A model generated the notes under the pieces. The model worked only from the letters and a program-made list of their open reading frames with translations. It did no database searches and was not told the origin of the DNA. From Candidatus Omnitrophota bacterium (lineage in GTDB: Bacteria > Omnitrophota > Gorgyraeia > Gygaellales > Profunditerraquicolaceae), in NCBI GenBank assembly GCA_028712505.1, contig JAQTQC010000005.1:7051-71050 (forward strand): a DNA stretch of 64,000 bases, given 5' to 3'. Shown here in pieces: positions 33,715 to 43,146 of this stretch. Made by a program: the position numbers and the translations under genes. The stretch's first letter is position 1. Each line of letters begins with the position of its first letter.

Positions 33715-34734
33715 ATGTCCAGGAATGGTATTTATTCTCGCGCAAGTGTATTGATTATTACTCTCTGGGTTTTAGGTTTCTTGACCATCCTGGTGGTTAA
33801 CCTGGGGTTTATGGTGAGGAGCCAGCTGCAATTTGCCGATCACTTTCAAGATAGGTTGAAAATGTATTACCTGGCCCGCGCGGGCATAGAAAGAGCGGTT
33901 GCTGAATTGTATGTAGATGATACTGAAAGCACCGACGCCCTGAATGAATCATGGGCGAATAAGGAAGAATTTTTTAAAGACTTGGCTTTTGGGGGCGGTT
34001 TTATCAGCGTTAGCTATAAGATGAATGACAAAGAAGACCAGGATGAAATAACCTTGTACGGGGTAATGGATGAGGCAAGCAGGATAGATATAAATAACGC
34101 ACCCTCTGAGGTATTGGTGACCTTGTTGGAAAATATCGGTGGAGTAGAAACAGAAGAGGCGATAGATATTGCCGCTGCCATTGTTGATTGGAGGGATAAG
34201 GATGTTGCGCTTTCTACTGGCGGGGCGGAAAGCGATTATTATAAAGGGTTGTCGCCGGGCTATGATTGCAAGAATGGAAATTTTCAGGTGGCCGAAGAGT
34301 TGTTGCTGGTTAAAGGTATGACTGCAGAGATTTTTTCCAAAATCAAGAACCTGATCACTGTCTACGGTACAGTCCAGGTGAATATCAATACTGCAGGTTT
34401 TAACTGTTTTTATGCCTTAGGTTTGAACAGCGACCTTTGCGATAAAATAATTAAATTCCGCCAGGGCAGCGATGAATTATCCGGTACTGAGGATGATTAT
34501 GTTTTTAACGCACCCGTGGAATTGATGAATGTCGGATCTTTGTTTACCAAGGAGGCTACACAGATAAACACCCTGATTTCCAGGAATATGCTTAAGGTAA
34601 AATCCGATATCTTCAGGATTAGCTCCTTAGGTATACTCAAGAATGCCAGGGGAGAGCGTTCCCGCGGGATTGTTTGCGTTTTAAAGCGTCAAAAGGATAA
34701 AAACCCTAAATTATTATATTGGCATGAAAATTAA
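33715..34734 (+). CDS. gspK: GspK-like large minor pseudopilin
   Basis: SRASVLIITLWVLGFLTILVVNL N-terminal segment, about 340 aa, plus MYYLARAGIERAVAEL, typical of GspK. Confidence 0.6.
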   Translation: MSRNGIYSRASVLIITLWVLGFLTILVVNLGFMVRSQLQFADHFQDRLKMYYLARAGIERAVAELYVDDTESTDALNESWANKEEFFKDLAFGGGFISVSYKMNDKEDQDEITLYGVMDEASRIDINNAPSEVLVTLLENIGGVETEEAIDIAAAIVDWRDKDVALSTGGAESDYYKGLSPGYDCKNGNFQVAEELLLVKGMTAEIFSKIKNLITVYGTVQVNINTAGFNCFYALGLNSDLCDKIIKFRQGSDELSGTEDDYVFNAPVELMNVGSLFTKEATQINTLISRNMLKVKSDIFRISSLGILKNARGERSRGIVCVLKRQKDKNPKLLYWHEN

Positions 34735-36226
34735 CTTAGCGGATTTATTTAAGAAACCGGAACAGAGCACAACTGTCTTCCAGATAGATAATAACTGGTT
34801 GAGGTTGATTCAGATAAGGGAGCTTAAGCGGGAGAAAAAGGTCTCGGCGATTAAGGCCATAGAGATCACCAATCTATCCGACGAGCAGATTGCGCTTAAG
34901 ATTTCCGGTTTGGCTGCGGAGCTGAAGATAAACTCGCGGTCTCTTGTGCTTTCCATACCGCGCCATCAGACGACTACCAGGAATCTTGATTTACCTTCGG
35001 CAAATCCGCTCGAGATAAAAGATATGATCGAACTTCAGATCGGCAAGCAGACGCCTTATGCCAGCGATGAGGTGATTAAGGATTACCAGATTTTGGGTAG
35101 TAATGCGGAAGGTTACAGCAAAGTGCTTTTGGTTATTGTCCACCGGGATATTGTCGGCAGGTATTTTAAGGTAATCGAATCAGCAGGGCTAAAAGTGCAG
35201 AAGGTAAGTTTTAGTTCCGAAGGTTTATTGAATTGGAGAAGCCTGGTTTACCGGCAGAAGATAGCGGCTGAAAAGGTACAGATCTTGATCGAGGTTGATT
35301 ATGACGCAAGCGATTTTGAGGTTGTCCTTAATGATCGGTTAGTTTTTGGCAGGAGTATTTCGTTAGGCTTCTCGCAGTTTCCCGGTCAGCTTGATCTTTG
35401 GCAGAAGAAATTTATTGAAGAGGTAAATCACTCGATTTACGCTTACCAGAATGAAATAATCGGTAAGGAGATCGGTAAAATTATAATCAGCCGCCCAAGA
35501 TTAGTGGGGGACAGTTTGGATAAAGAACTCCTGGAAAAGGAGTTCGGTTCGTCAGTGGAGATTATCGATCAGTTTAAAGATATTCCTTTTACCGATGAAG
35601 GCTTGAATTCTTATAATAACTTGGTCAGGACGGATCTATCCTTTGCCGGGCTTCTCGGTTTAGGGTTGCCTGTCACTGAACATAAAATTGACCTTATTCC
35701 CCAGGAGCACCAGATAGGTAAGGCAGTAAAAGAAAAGGGAAAAGATCTTTATCTTATGGGCATATTGCTGGTGTTTATACTGGTTGCAGTCTCCGGAGTA
35801 TTCCTGGGAAGGATGTATAACAAGGAACGTTATCTCGGTCAGCTAAAGCAACGTCTTACTGAGATCCAGGATAAGACTAAGGAATTAAATAATATGGTCC
35901 GGGGCATAGAGACGATAAAAGACCGGGTTTATACAAGGGGGATGTCGCTAAATCTTCTTTATGAGGTGCATAAGGCGATCACACCTGAAATGCATTTGGT
36001 TTCGATGAGTTTTGACGGTAAAGAAACCCTGACCTTGCGTGGACAGTCTAATGAAATGTCGGAGGTTTTTAGCTTTGTAAATAAACTTGAAGAATCCAGC
36101 TATTTTCAGAACGTGAAGATAAAATACGCCACTAAACGCAAAGAAGGGGATAAGGAAATCACGGATTTTGAAATTTCCTGTCCTTTGGCGGACAAATACA
36201 AGGTTGCGGAGAAGTATAAATTATAA
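34724..36226 (+). CDS. GspL-like / PilM-PilN fusion (cytoplasmic actin-like domain, single TM, periplasmic domain)
   Basis: 500 aa with one TM helix (LYLMGILLVFILVAVSGVFLG) near residue 350 and a PilN/GspL-like C-terminal domain. Sits within the gsp gene order. Confidence 0.55.
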   Translation: MKINLADLFKKPEQSTTVFQIDNNWLRLIQIRELKREKKVSAIKAIEITNLSDEQIALKISGLAAELKINSRSLVLSIPRHQTTTRNLDLPSANPLEIKDMIELQIGKQTPYASDEVIKDYQILGSNAEGYSKVLLVIVHRDIVGRYFKVIESAGLKVQKVSFSSEGLLNWRSLVYRQKIAAEKVQILIEVDYDASDFEVVLNDRLVFGRSISLGFSQFPGQLDLWQKKFIEEVNHSIYAYQNEIIGKEIGKIIISRPRLVGDSLDKELLEKEFGSSVEIIDQFKDIPFTDEGLNSYNNLVRTDLSFAGLLGLGLPVTEHKIDLIPQEHQIGKAVKEKGKDLYLMGILLVFILVAVSGVFLGRMYNKERYLGQLKQRLTEIQDKTKELNNMVRGIETIKDRVYTRGMSLNLLYEVHKAITPEMHLVSMSFDGKETLTLRGQSNEMSEVFSFVNKLEESSYFQNVKIKYATKRKEGDKEITDFEISCPLADKYKVAEKYKL

Positions 36227-36228
36227 AT

Positions 36229-36762
36229 ATGGACTTTTTATCCAGGTTATCTAAAAAAGAAAGACGACTGTTTTATATCACGGTTGCGGTAGTGGCCATT
36301 GTATTCTTGGACAGGGTGGTATTTAAGCCGGTGATTAATAAGCTGGAAAGCTTCAACGGGAAGATTTCCTTAGAGGAGAAAAAGCTGGAGAAATCGATGC
36401 TCATCCTGGCGCAGGAGCAGGCTATAAACAACGAATACAAGAAATTTGCCGAGAATATAAAACAGTCACAGTCGGAAGAAGAGGTAATTGCCGGCCTCTT
36501 AAGCAGTATAGAGAAAATGGCCAATAGTGTTTCTGTCTTTATCTTGGATATGAAGCCCGGGCCGGTGGACAAGAGCGAGTTCTATAAGAAATACAGCGTT
36601 AAAGTGGAAGCTGAAGCAAAGATCAATAACTTATCGGATTTTATTTATCAACTGGAAAATTCTCCAAAGCTGCTCAGGGTATCTGATTTTCGCCTGACCC
36701 CCCAGAAAAAAGAGACTGTCCTTAAAGTCAGCATGACAGTTACAGAGGTCTTGATCAACTAA
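36229..36762 (+). CDS. GspM/PilO-like bitopic assembly protein
   Basis: N-terminal TM (FYITVAVVAIVFLDRVVF), a coiled coil, 177 aa. Last gene of the gsp block. Confidence 0.5.
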   Translation: MDFLSRLSKKERRLFYITVAVVAIVFLDRVVFKPVINKLESFNGKISLEEKKLEKSMLILAQEQAINNEYKKFAENIKQSQSEEEVIAGLLSSIEKMANSVSVFILDMKPGPVDKSEFYKKYSVKVEAEAKINNLSDFIYQLENSPKLLRVSDFRLTPQKKETVLKVSMTVTEVLIN

Positions 36763-36790
36763 TCAACCTTATAGAGTACATATTCCCCCG

Positions 36791-37897
36791 ATGAAAGTAT
36801 TAACTCAATTTGAGAAAAGCGAGTGTTTCTTTTCTAATCCTGAGTTTATTATATCTTGTTTTGACCCTTCTTTAATGGCTGCTTGTTTTGAAGAGATGGA
36901 ACAGGCGCTCTCCCGCGGTCATTATCTGGCTGGCTTCCTTTCATATGAGGCGGGGTATTCTTTTGAAGAAAAGTTTTTTCCTTCCAAGACATATGATTTC
37001 CCGCTTCTTTATTTCGGAGTTTATAAAAAACCGCAGAGACATATAACCGGGCTAGCAGGTCATCGTCTTCAACAATTTCCGGAGAATCTGCGTTTAGATA
37101 TTAAATACGACGAGTATTCTTTAAATATAAATACCATCCGTGATTATATTGCTAAAGGCGATGTCTATCAGATTACGTATTGTATAAAACTGTTGTTTGA
37201 TTTCTGCGGCCCGGCATTTTCCCTCTATAAACAACTTTTAAAAGAACAACTAGTACCCTATCCCGCTTATATCCAGACTGAAGATTTCAACATCCTTTCT
37301 TTATCTCCCGAGCTTTTCCTTAAAAAGGAGTCTACTCGTATAATGACCAGGCCAATGAAGGGGACCTGGGCTAGAGGTCAGGGTATGTTTTCCGATCTGG
37401 TGTCTCCTTTACGTTTAAAATATGATTTAAAAAACCGGGCGGAAAACGTGATGATCGCTGATCTTTTAAGGAATGATTTGGGCAGGCTTGCGCTTGATAT
37501 CAAAGCTCCCCGGTTGTTTGAGGTGGCCAGGTATAAGACTCTTTGCCAGATGACTTCTACTGTTACAGCTAAGATAGATAGGGATATCTCTATCTACAGG
37601 CTTTTTGCGTCGCTTTTCCCCTCGGGTTCGGTCAGCGGAGCGCCGAAGATACGCGCTATGCAGATAATCAGGGAATTAGAAAAAGAAGAGCGCAAGATCT
37701 ATACCGGGGCTATTGGCTATATTACTCCTGGAAAAGACATGTTTTTTAATATTCCTATCCGTACGTTATTAATCCGGGGAAATTGCGGTCAGATGGGTAT
37801 AGGTGGAGGCATAGTCTGGGATTCGACATCGGATGGAGAGTGGAATGAGGGGCTGCTCAAAGCAAAATTTCTTACTGATCTTGTAAAAAATGATTAG
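36791..37897 (+). CDS. pabB: chorismate-binding enzyme, aminodeoxychorismate/anthranilate synthase component I family
   Basis: SPELFLK...TRPMKGT, LLRNDLGRLA, SVSGAPKIRAMQIIRELE, YTGAIGYI, GGGIVWDS. Confidence 0.65.
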   Translation: MKVLTQFEKSECFFSNPEFIISCFDPSLMAACFEEMEQALSRGHYLAGFLSYEAGYSFEEKFFPSKTYDFPLLYFGVYKKPQRHITGLAGHRLQQFPENLRLDIKYDEYSLNINTIRDYIAKGDVYQITYCIKLLFDFCGPAFSLYKQLLKEQLVPYPAYIQTEDFNILSLSPELFLKKESTRIMTRPMKGTWARGQGMFSDLVSPLRLKYDLKNRAENVMIADLLRNDLGRLALDIKAPRLFEVARYKTLCQMTSTVTAKIDRDISIYRLFASLFPSGSVSGAPKIRAMQIIRELEKEERKIYTGAIGYITPGKDMFFNIPIRTLLIRGNCGQMGIGGGIVWDSTSDGEWNEGLLKAKFLTDLVKND

Positions 37898-37955
37898 CTT
37901 TGAGGGCTAAGTAGAAGTATAATTTGTAACAAGAGGATAGTTTATATTTAAAATC

Positions 37956-39413
37956 ATGCCAGAAAAAACATCTGAAAATCTAAGTTTGATTAACTTTATC
38001 GAGCGTAACCACGATGGCATCATCATCGTGGATAGGGCCGGTCTTGTTCTTTTTGCCAATCTTGCCGCAACCAAAATCTTTAACCGCTCCCGGCAGCAAC
38101 TATGCGGAAAGCAATTTGAATTTCCTCTCCCGGGAGACAAGACGATTGAGATTAATATACCCGGGAAAAGCAAGGAATTCGGCGTGGCCCGCATGCAGCA
38201 GATGCCGATAGAGTGGCTGGGTAAGCGGGCCGTTGTTTTATTGGTGCATGACATTTCTGATCTTAAGAAAACAGAAATGCTTAAAAGCGCCATCGATGAG
38301 CGCAGACGTATTGACCGGATAAAGAATGAGTTTATTTCCAATGTTTCCCATGAATTACGCACTCCGCTTACTTCTGTGAGGGAAGGGATAAGCCAGATAC
38401 TAGAGGGGTTCTTAGGCAAGACCACTGTGGGGCAAAAAAAGTTTTTGTCAATGTGTCTTGAAGATATTGACCGGCTTTCCAGGATTATCGATGGGCTCCT
38501 GGATATTTCAAGGATTGAATCCGGTAAGATTATCTTGAAGAAAGAAACACTGGATATTGTGGATTTAGCAAAAAGCGCGGTAAGCTCTCTTTCGGTTAAG
38601 ATAAAAAATAAAAGGTTGGAACTGATCGAGGATTACCCTAAAGAAAAAACAGAAATTTATGTGGATAGGGATAGGATTATCGAGGTGTTTGTCAATCTGC
38701 TGGGTAATGCCATTAAATTTACCGATAAAGGCCATATAGGTATTTCTATAAAGAATAAACCTAAAATGGTTGAGTGCTGCATCGAGGATACCGGCAGGGG
38801 GATAGCTAAAAAAGACCTGTCCAGGGTTTTTGTCAGATTTCAGCAGTTTGGTCGTGTTTTCGGCCCGGGAGAGAAAGGGACCGGCCTGGGTTTATCTATT
38901 GTTAAAAGCATTATTGAATTACATAAAGGGCAGATCCGGGTAGAGAGTAAATTGAACAAGGGAACCAGGTTTATTTTTACCTTGTTTAAGTACACTTCCA
39001 AGGAGTTGTTCAGGCAATATATAGTTGATAGCTTAAGAGAGGCAGTGCATAATGATGAGCCGCTTTCAATCTTTCTTTTTTATATTGATGATCTGGCGCT
39101 TGTCAGGAAGGAGTTTGAAAGCCAGAAGATCACTTCATTGATGAATAAATTCTATGAAATAGTCGGTGGGCACTTGCGCAGGCAGGCAGACCTGGCGGTT
39201 AAAGATGATAGCGCTATCCTATTGGTACTTCCGGTTACTAAGAATGAATATATCGAGAGTATTCAGTTGAGGTTGAAACAGGCGCTCGAAGAATATCTGA
39301 CTAAAGAAGGTCTGGACAAGAAAATCAAGATAGGGTGCAGGACAGCCGGTTTCCCCCGGGACGGCTCAAGCGCAGATGTTTTATTTGATAAGATACAAGA
39401 GGTGCTTAATTAG
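37956..39413 (+). CDS. sensor histidine kinase (PAS, HisKA, HATPase_c) with a C-terminal degenerate GGDEF-like extension
   Basis: H-box [13 protein letters not shown] boxes LLGNAIKFT and [10 protein letters not shown]. Then about 140 extra residues (IFLFYIDDLALVRK ... QADLAVKDDSAILLVLPV) resembling an inactive GGDEF domain. Confidence 0.75.
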   Translation: MPEKTSENLSLINFIERNHDGIIIVDRAGLVLFANLAATKIFNRSRQQLCGKQFEFPLPGDKTIEINIPGKSKEFGVARMQQMPIEWLGKRAVVLLVHDISDLKKTEMLKSAIDERRRIDRIKNEFISNVSHELRTPLTSVREGISQILEGFLGKTTVGQKKFLSMCLEDIDRLSRIIDGLLDISRIESGKIILKKETLDIVDLAKSAVSSLSVKIKNKRLELIEDYPKEKTEIYVDRDRIIEVFVNLLGNAIKFTDKGHIGISIKNKPKMVECCIEDTGRGIAKKDLSRVFVRFQQFGRVFGPGEKGTGLGLSIVKSIIELHKGQIRVESKLNKGTRFIFTLFKYTSKELFRQYIVDSLREAVHNDEPLSIFLFYIDDLALVRKEFESQKITSLMNKFYEIVGGHLRRQADLAVKDDSAILLVLPVTKNEYIESIQLRLKQALEEYLTKEGLDKKIKIGCRTAGFPRDGSSADVLFDKIQEVLN

Positions 39414-39429
39414 TCAGGAGGATAAAGAG

Positions 39430-39795
39430 ATGGCTAAAAAGATATTATTGGTTGATGATGAACCGCATATAATTATGATGTTGGAAAATAGGATGAAGCA
39501 TGCCGGTTATGATGTAATTACTGCTTGCGATGGCCAGGAGGCTCTTACCAAGGCGCAGAAAGAAAAACCCGACCTGATTATCTTGGATTTAATGCTTCCT
39601 AAATTAGACGGCTATAAAGTATGCCGGATGCTCAAGTTTGATGAAAAATATAAACATATACCGATAATTATGCTTTCCGCCCGGGCACAGGAAGCAGACA
39701 AAAAAATGGGGGAGGCTGTAGGGGCAGATGGTTATGTGACCAAACCTTTTGAGCCGCAGGTATTGTTGGGTAAGGTAAAAGATCTGCTGGGGTAA
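39430..39795 (+). CDS. single-domain CheY-like response-regulator receiver
   Basis: KILLVDDEP, DLIILDLMLPKLDGY, IIMLSA, YVTKPFEP. RBS AGGAGG 8 nt upstream of the ATG at 39430. About 65% identical to the receiver at 60997-61371. Confidence 0.8.
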   Translation: MAKKILLVDDEPHIIMMLENRMKHAGYDVITACDGQEALTKAQKEKPDLIILDLMLPKLDGYKVCRMLKFDEKYKHIPIIMLSARAQEADKKMGEAVGADGYVTKPFEPQVLLGKVKDLLG

Positions 39796-39805
39796 AGTAT
39801 TATGT

Positions 39806-39833
39806 TTGACATTTGCAATTAAAGTGGTATAAT
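39806..39833 (+). promoter_or_regulatory. near-consensus sigma70 promoter TTGACA - 16 nt - TGgTATAAT
   Basis: -35 TTGACA at 39806-39811; extended -10 TGGTATAAT at 39825-39833. Confidence 0.6.
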
Positions 39834-39863
39834 AAACCAAAGATTAGGAATCATTCAGTTCAG

Positions 39864-39901
39864 GCCGCAAAGAGAGGGCAACTAACCTTTGCGGCTTTTT
39901 T
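39864..39901 (+). terminator. intrinsic terminator: 9-bp GC-rich stem GCCGCAAAG/CTTTGCGGC followed by TTTTTT
   Basis: Stem at 39864-39872 and 39887-39895, T-run at 39896-39901. Only about 25 nt downstream of the predicted +1 of the promoter above. Confidence 0.6.
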
Positions 39902-40082
39902 GGGTCTATCACCTGGTCTAGGAGGTATCTATCAAAAAGGTAAAGACTTCGCTTAAAGGAAGGAAGTGCAAATACTTGCACTGTAAACATATATTAAGTA
40001 TTTATAATCACGAAGATTATTGCCATATCCATCTTGGTTTACTGGCTTATGGTAATAAGGTTAAGACAAGTAAGGATACTTG

Positions 40083-41381
40083 ATGAATAAAACAATAATT
40101 ACAAATGACCCTGCTCCGGTAAACGCGGATTTTTTTGGTTTGGGTATTGCCCCGAAAATCCTGGATATCTTAGAGGGTTTGAAGTTCAAGACTCCGACGC
40201 CTATCCAGTTAAAGGCTATTCCTTTGGCTATCGAAGGCAAAGATATTGTGGGTATTGCCCAGACAGGAACCGGCAAGACGCATTCGTTTGCCATCCCCAT
40301 GGTCCAACGCCTAGTGCAGAAAAAGGGTATAGGATTGGTTCTTGCTCCGACAAGGGAATTGGCCATCCAGATAGATGAATCTGCCCGGGTACTTGCGCAT
40401 GCCTTTGGTATGAAGACCGCCTGCCTTATTGGCGGAGCGCCTATGGAGCCTCAGGTACAGGCATTACGAAAAGATCCCCGCTTAGTAATTGCTACTCCGG
40501 GGAGGCTGATTGATCATATGTCGCAGTGGAATTTTCTGCCTGATAGCGTAGTTATGCTGGTACTTGATGAGGCGGATCGTATGCTGGATATGGGGTTTGC
40601 TCCTCAAATAGAGAAGATATTACGCTTCCTGCCTAAAGAAAGGCAGACGATGCTTTTTTCAGCTACTATGCCTAAAGAGATCATGAGTATTGCTGCTAAA
40701 TATATGAAATTGCCTTTGAGTGTTGAGATAGCTCCTCCGGGGACGACCTCTGAAAAGGTTACCCAGGAGTTATTTATCGTAAAGAAAGAGTCAAAGACTC
40801 AGTTGCTTAAGAAACTGCTTGCGCAATATCACGGAACAGTACTTTTATTCTCGCGTACTAAACATAATGCTAAGAAGATCGTCAGGTCAATCCGGGATAT
40901 GGGGCATTCTGCCGCGGAGATCCATTCCAACCGTTCTCTCAGTCAACGCCGGGAGGCCTTAGAGGGTTTTAAATCCGGGAAATACAAAGTTTTAGTTGCT
41001 ACTGATATTGCTTCCCGGGGGATTGATGTTACCGGGATTGAGCTGGTAATAAACTATGATCTGCCTGAGGATGCGGAGAATTATGTGCATCGTATAGGCA
41101 GGACTGCCCGCGCAGGACATAAAGGCCATGCTATTTCTTTTGCTACGCCGGATCAAGGGCATGATGTACGCGATATTGAGAAACTTATTAAAGCTACCCT
41201 GCCTGTATCTAAACATGCTGAGTTGACTCTTGATAAGTTTAGTGAATCCAATAGTTCTAACCATAATCCCGGCCGTTCTTTTGGCCGCCAGTCTAACCAC
41301 GGGCACTCAGGACATGGCCAGGCAAACCATGGCCAGGCCAAGAAGCCTTATAAATACCCCAAACCTAAATTTTACCGTTAG
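40083..41381 (+). CDS. DEAD-box ATP-dependent RNA helicase with Gly/His/basic C-terminal tail
   Basis: Q-motif, AQTGTGKT, PTRELA, DEAD (LDEADRMLDMGF), SAT, HRIGRTARAG. The ATG at 40083 is preferred over the TTG at 40080. Confidence 0.85.
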   Translation: MNKTIITNDPAPVNADFFGLGIAPKILDILEGLKFKTPTPIQLKAIPLAIEGKDIVGIAQTGTGKTHSFAIPMVQRLVQKKGIGLVLAPTRELAIQIDESARVLAHAFGMKTACLIGGAPMEPQVQALRKDPRLVIATPGRLIDHMSQWNFLPDSVVMLVLDEADRMLDMGFAPQIEKILRFLPKERQTMLFSATMPKEIMSIAAKYMKLPLSVEIAPPGTTSEKVTQELFIVKKESKTQLLKKLLAQYHGTVLLFSRTKHNAKKIVRSIRDMGHSAAEIHSNRSLSQRREALEGFKSGKYKVLVATDIASRGIDVTGIELVINYDLPEDAENYVHRIGRTARAGHKGHAISFATPDQGHDVRDIEKLIKATLPVSKHAELTLDKFSESNSSNHNPGRSFGRQSNHGHSGHGQANHGQAKKPYKYPKPKFYR

Positions 41382-41409
41382 TCAAAAGTTAAGTCTTATC
41401 TTAAGAATC

Positions 41410-41437
41410 TTGCCAAACAGGAGAATTCTTCTATAAT
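41410..41437 (+). promoter_or_regulatory. candidate sigma70 promoter TTGCCA-16-TATAAT upstream of the MFS gene
   Basis: -35 at 41410-41415; -10 at 41432-41437. Confidence 0.45.
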
Positions 41438-41467
41438 ATTGTTGTATCTTAAAATAATGCCTTGTTT

Positions 41468-42691
41468 ATGATGAACAATCAAAAGAAGACTGCATTCCAG
41501 ATCATTTTTCTTTTTGGGTTGGTTAGCCTCTTCGGTGATATAGTTTATGAGGGGGCACGCAGTGTTAACGGCCCGTACCTTAAGACTTTGGGAGCAAATG
41601 CTGCAATTGTAGGTTTAGCCGCAGGGTTTGCCGAGTTCTTAGGTTATGCCATCCGTCTGTTTTCTGGATATTTTGCCGATAAGACAAAAGCCTATTGGTT
41701 ATTTACTTTTATCGGTTATGGTTTATTGATCAGCGTGCCTTTGCTTGCTTTAACCGGTATCTGGCAGGTTGCGGTTGCTTTTATCATTATTGAAAGATTA
41801 GGCAAAGCCCTGCGCAGCCCGGCAAAAGATACCATTCTTTCTCAGGCTACCAAACAAGTAGGGACAGGAATTGGTTTTGCCATCGCTGAGGTACTTGATC
41901 AAATCGGGGCTATTTCCGGGCCGCTTATCTTTACTGTACTTTTTCTGCTTTTAGGTAAAGGCAACAGGTCTTTGACGGATTATCAATTTGGCTATTCGTT
42001 GCTCTGGATTCCTTTGGCCCTGGTCATGTTTTGTATTATTATTGCCCATCGTCGCCTGCCTAATCCGGAAGTCCTGGAGCCTCCTCCGGCTAAAAATCAA
42101 CCAACAGATAAGTTAGGCAAGGTCTTCTGGATTTATACGATCTTCACTTTTATAACTACTCTGGGTTTTGCTAATTTTGCTTTAATCGGCTATCACTTTA
42201 AGATTAAACATGTCTTAACCGATGCACAGATTCCTTTGTTTTATGCTTTGGCTATGGGGGTAGATGCCCTGGCAGCTTTGGTTATCGGCAGGACTTATGA
42301 TATTTTTAAGACCAGGCATGATAATGAAAAAGCCGGTCTGATTACTTTGATTGCTATTCCGGTTTTCTCATTATTTATCCCGGTGCTTGTTTTTTCTCTC
42401 AAGTTTTCATTTGTTTTAGCTGGCGCAATTATCTGGGGGATTGTTATGGGAGCGCATGAAACAGTGATGAAATCTGCGATTGCCGATTTGACTCCCCTGA
42501 AGAAGAGGGGGACGGGTTATGGGGTATTTAATACTGCCTATGGCTTGGCGATATTCATCGGTAGCGCACTTACCGGCCTGCTTTATGACTATTCCATAAC
42601 CACGGTTATAATATTAAGCATCTTCATGGAAATAGCGGCTATTGGGGTATTCTTTGCCTTAAAAAAAGAGGCCTTGACAGCCGATCTCTAA
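41468..42691 (+). CDS. major facilitator superfamily transporter (12 TM)
   Basis: Alternating hydrophobic segments, MFS loop motif RLGKALRSPAKD. The ATG at 41468 is preferred over the TTG at 41462. Confidence 0.7.
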   Translation: MMNNQKKTAFQIIFLFGLVSLFGDIVYEGARSVNGPYLKTLGANAAIVGLAAGFAEFLGYAIRLFSGYFADKTKAYWLFTFIGYGLLISVPLLALTGIWQVAVAFIIIERLGKALRSPAKDTILSQATKQVGTGIGFAIAEVLDQIGAISGPLIFTVLFLLLGKGNRSLTDYQFGYSLLWIPLALVMFCIIIAHRRLPNPEVLEPPPAKNQPTDKLGKVFWIYTIFTFITTLGFANFALIGYHFKIKHVLTDAQIPLFYALAMGVDALAALVIGRTYDIFKTRHDNEKAGLITLIAIPVFSLFIPVLVFSLKFSFVLAGAIIWGIVMGAHETVMKSAIADLTPLKKRGTGYGVFNTAYGLAIFIGSALTGLLYDYSITTVIILSIFMEIAAIGVFFALKKEALTADL

Positions 42692-42693
42692 GA

Positions 42694-42718
42694 TGTTACT
42701 ATTTTTAAATCAGTAACA
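42694..42718 (+). promoter_or_regulatory. palindromic operator TGTTACT-N11-AGTAACA 18 bp upstream of nikR (candidate NikR autoregulatory site)
   Basis: Exact 7-bp inverted repeat read from the sequence. A half-site AGTAACA recurs at 43167-43173, upstream of the OMP gene. Confidence 0.45.
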
Positions 42719-42735
42719 CTTAATCTGGGGAAATT

Positions 42736-43146
42736 ATGACTTTGATCCGTTTTGGGGTTTCGATAGATAAAGAGCTTTTATTAAAGTTTGACCGCCTGAT
42801 CAAGGATAAAAAATACACCAATCGTTCTGAGGCCTTCCGTGATTTGATCCGCCAGGAGCTTATCCAGAAACAATGGCAGGGTGACCTTGAGGTTGCCGGT
42901 GCGATTACCCTGGTTTACAATCATCACAAGCGGGAGCTGGTAAATAAACTTATGGATATCCAGCATGACTTTGGAGATCTGATAATCTCATCTCAGCATA
43001 TCCACTTAGATCATAACAATTGTTTAGAGATAATCGCAGTAAAGGGTAATCCTAAAGAGGCGCTCAACCTATCAGATTCCCTGAAATCAGTCAAAGGGGT
43101 AAACCATGCCACCTTGAGCATGTCTAGCGCCGGTAAAGAGATTTAA
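42736..43146 (+). CDS. nikR: nickel-responsive transcriptional regulator NikR (ribbon-helix-helix plus metal-binding domain)
   Basis: MTLIRFGVSIDKELLLKFDRLIKDKKYTNRSEAFRDLIRQEL N-terminus. His-rich metal site (VYNHHKRE ... SSQHIHLDHNNCLEII). Confidence 0.8.
   Translation: MTLIRFGVSIDKELLLKFDRLIKDKKYTNRSEAFRDLIRQELIQKQWQGDLEVAGAITLVYNHHKRELVNKLMDIQHDFGDLIISSQHIHLDHNNCLEIIAVKGNPKEALNLSDSLKSVKGVNHATLSMSSAGKEI

Noticed and set aside
37907-38425. 172-aa - strand ORF overlapping the start of the first histidine kinase
   Set aside because: Antisense to a kinase gene that has a clear PAS/HisKA sequence.
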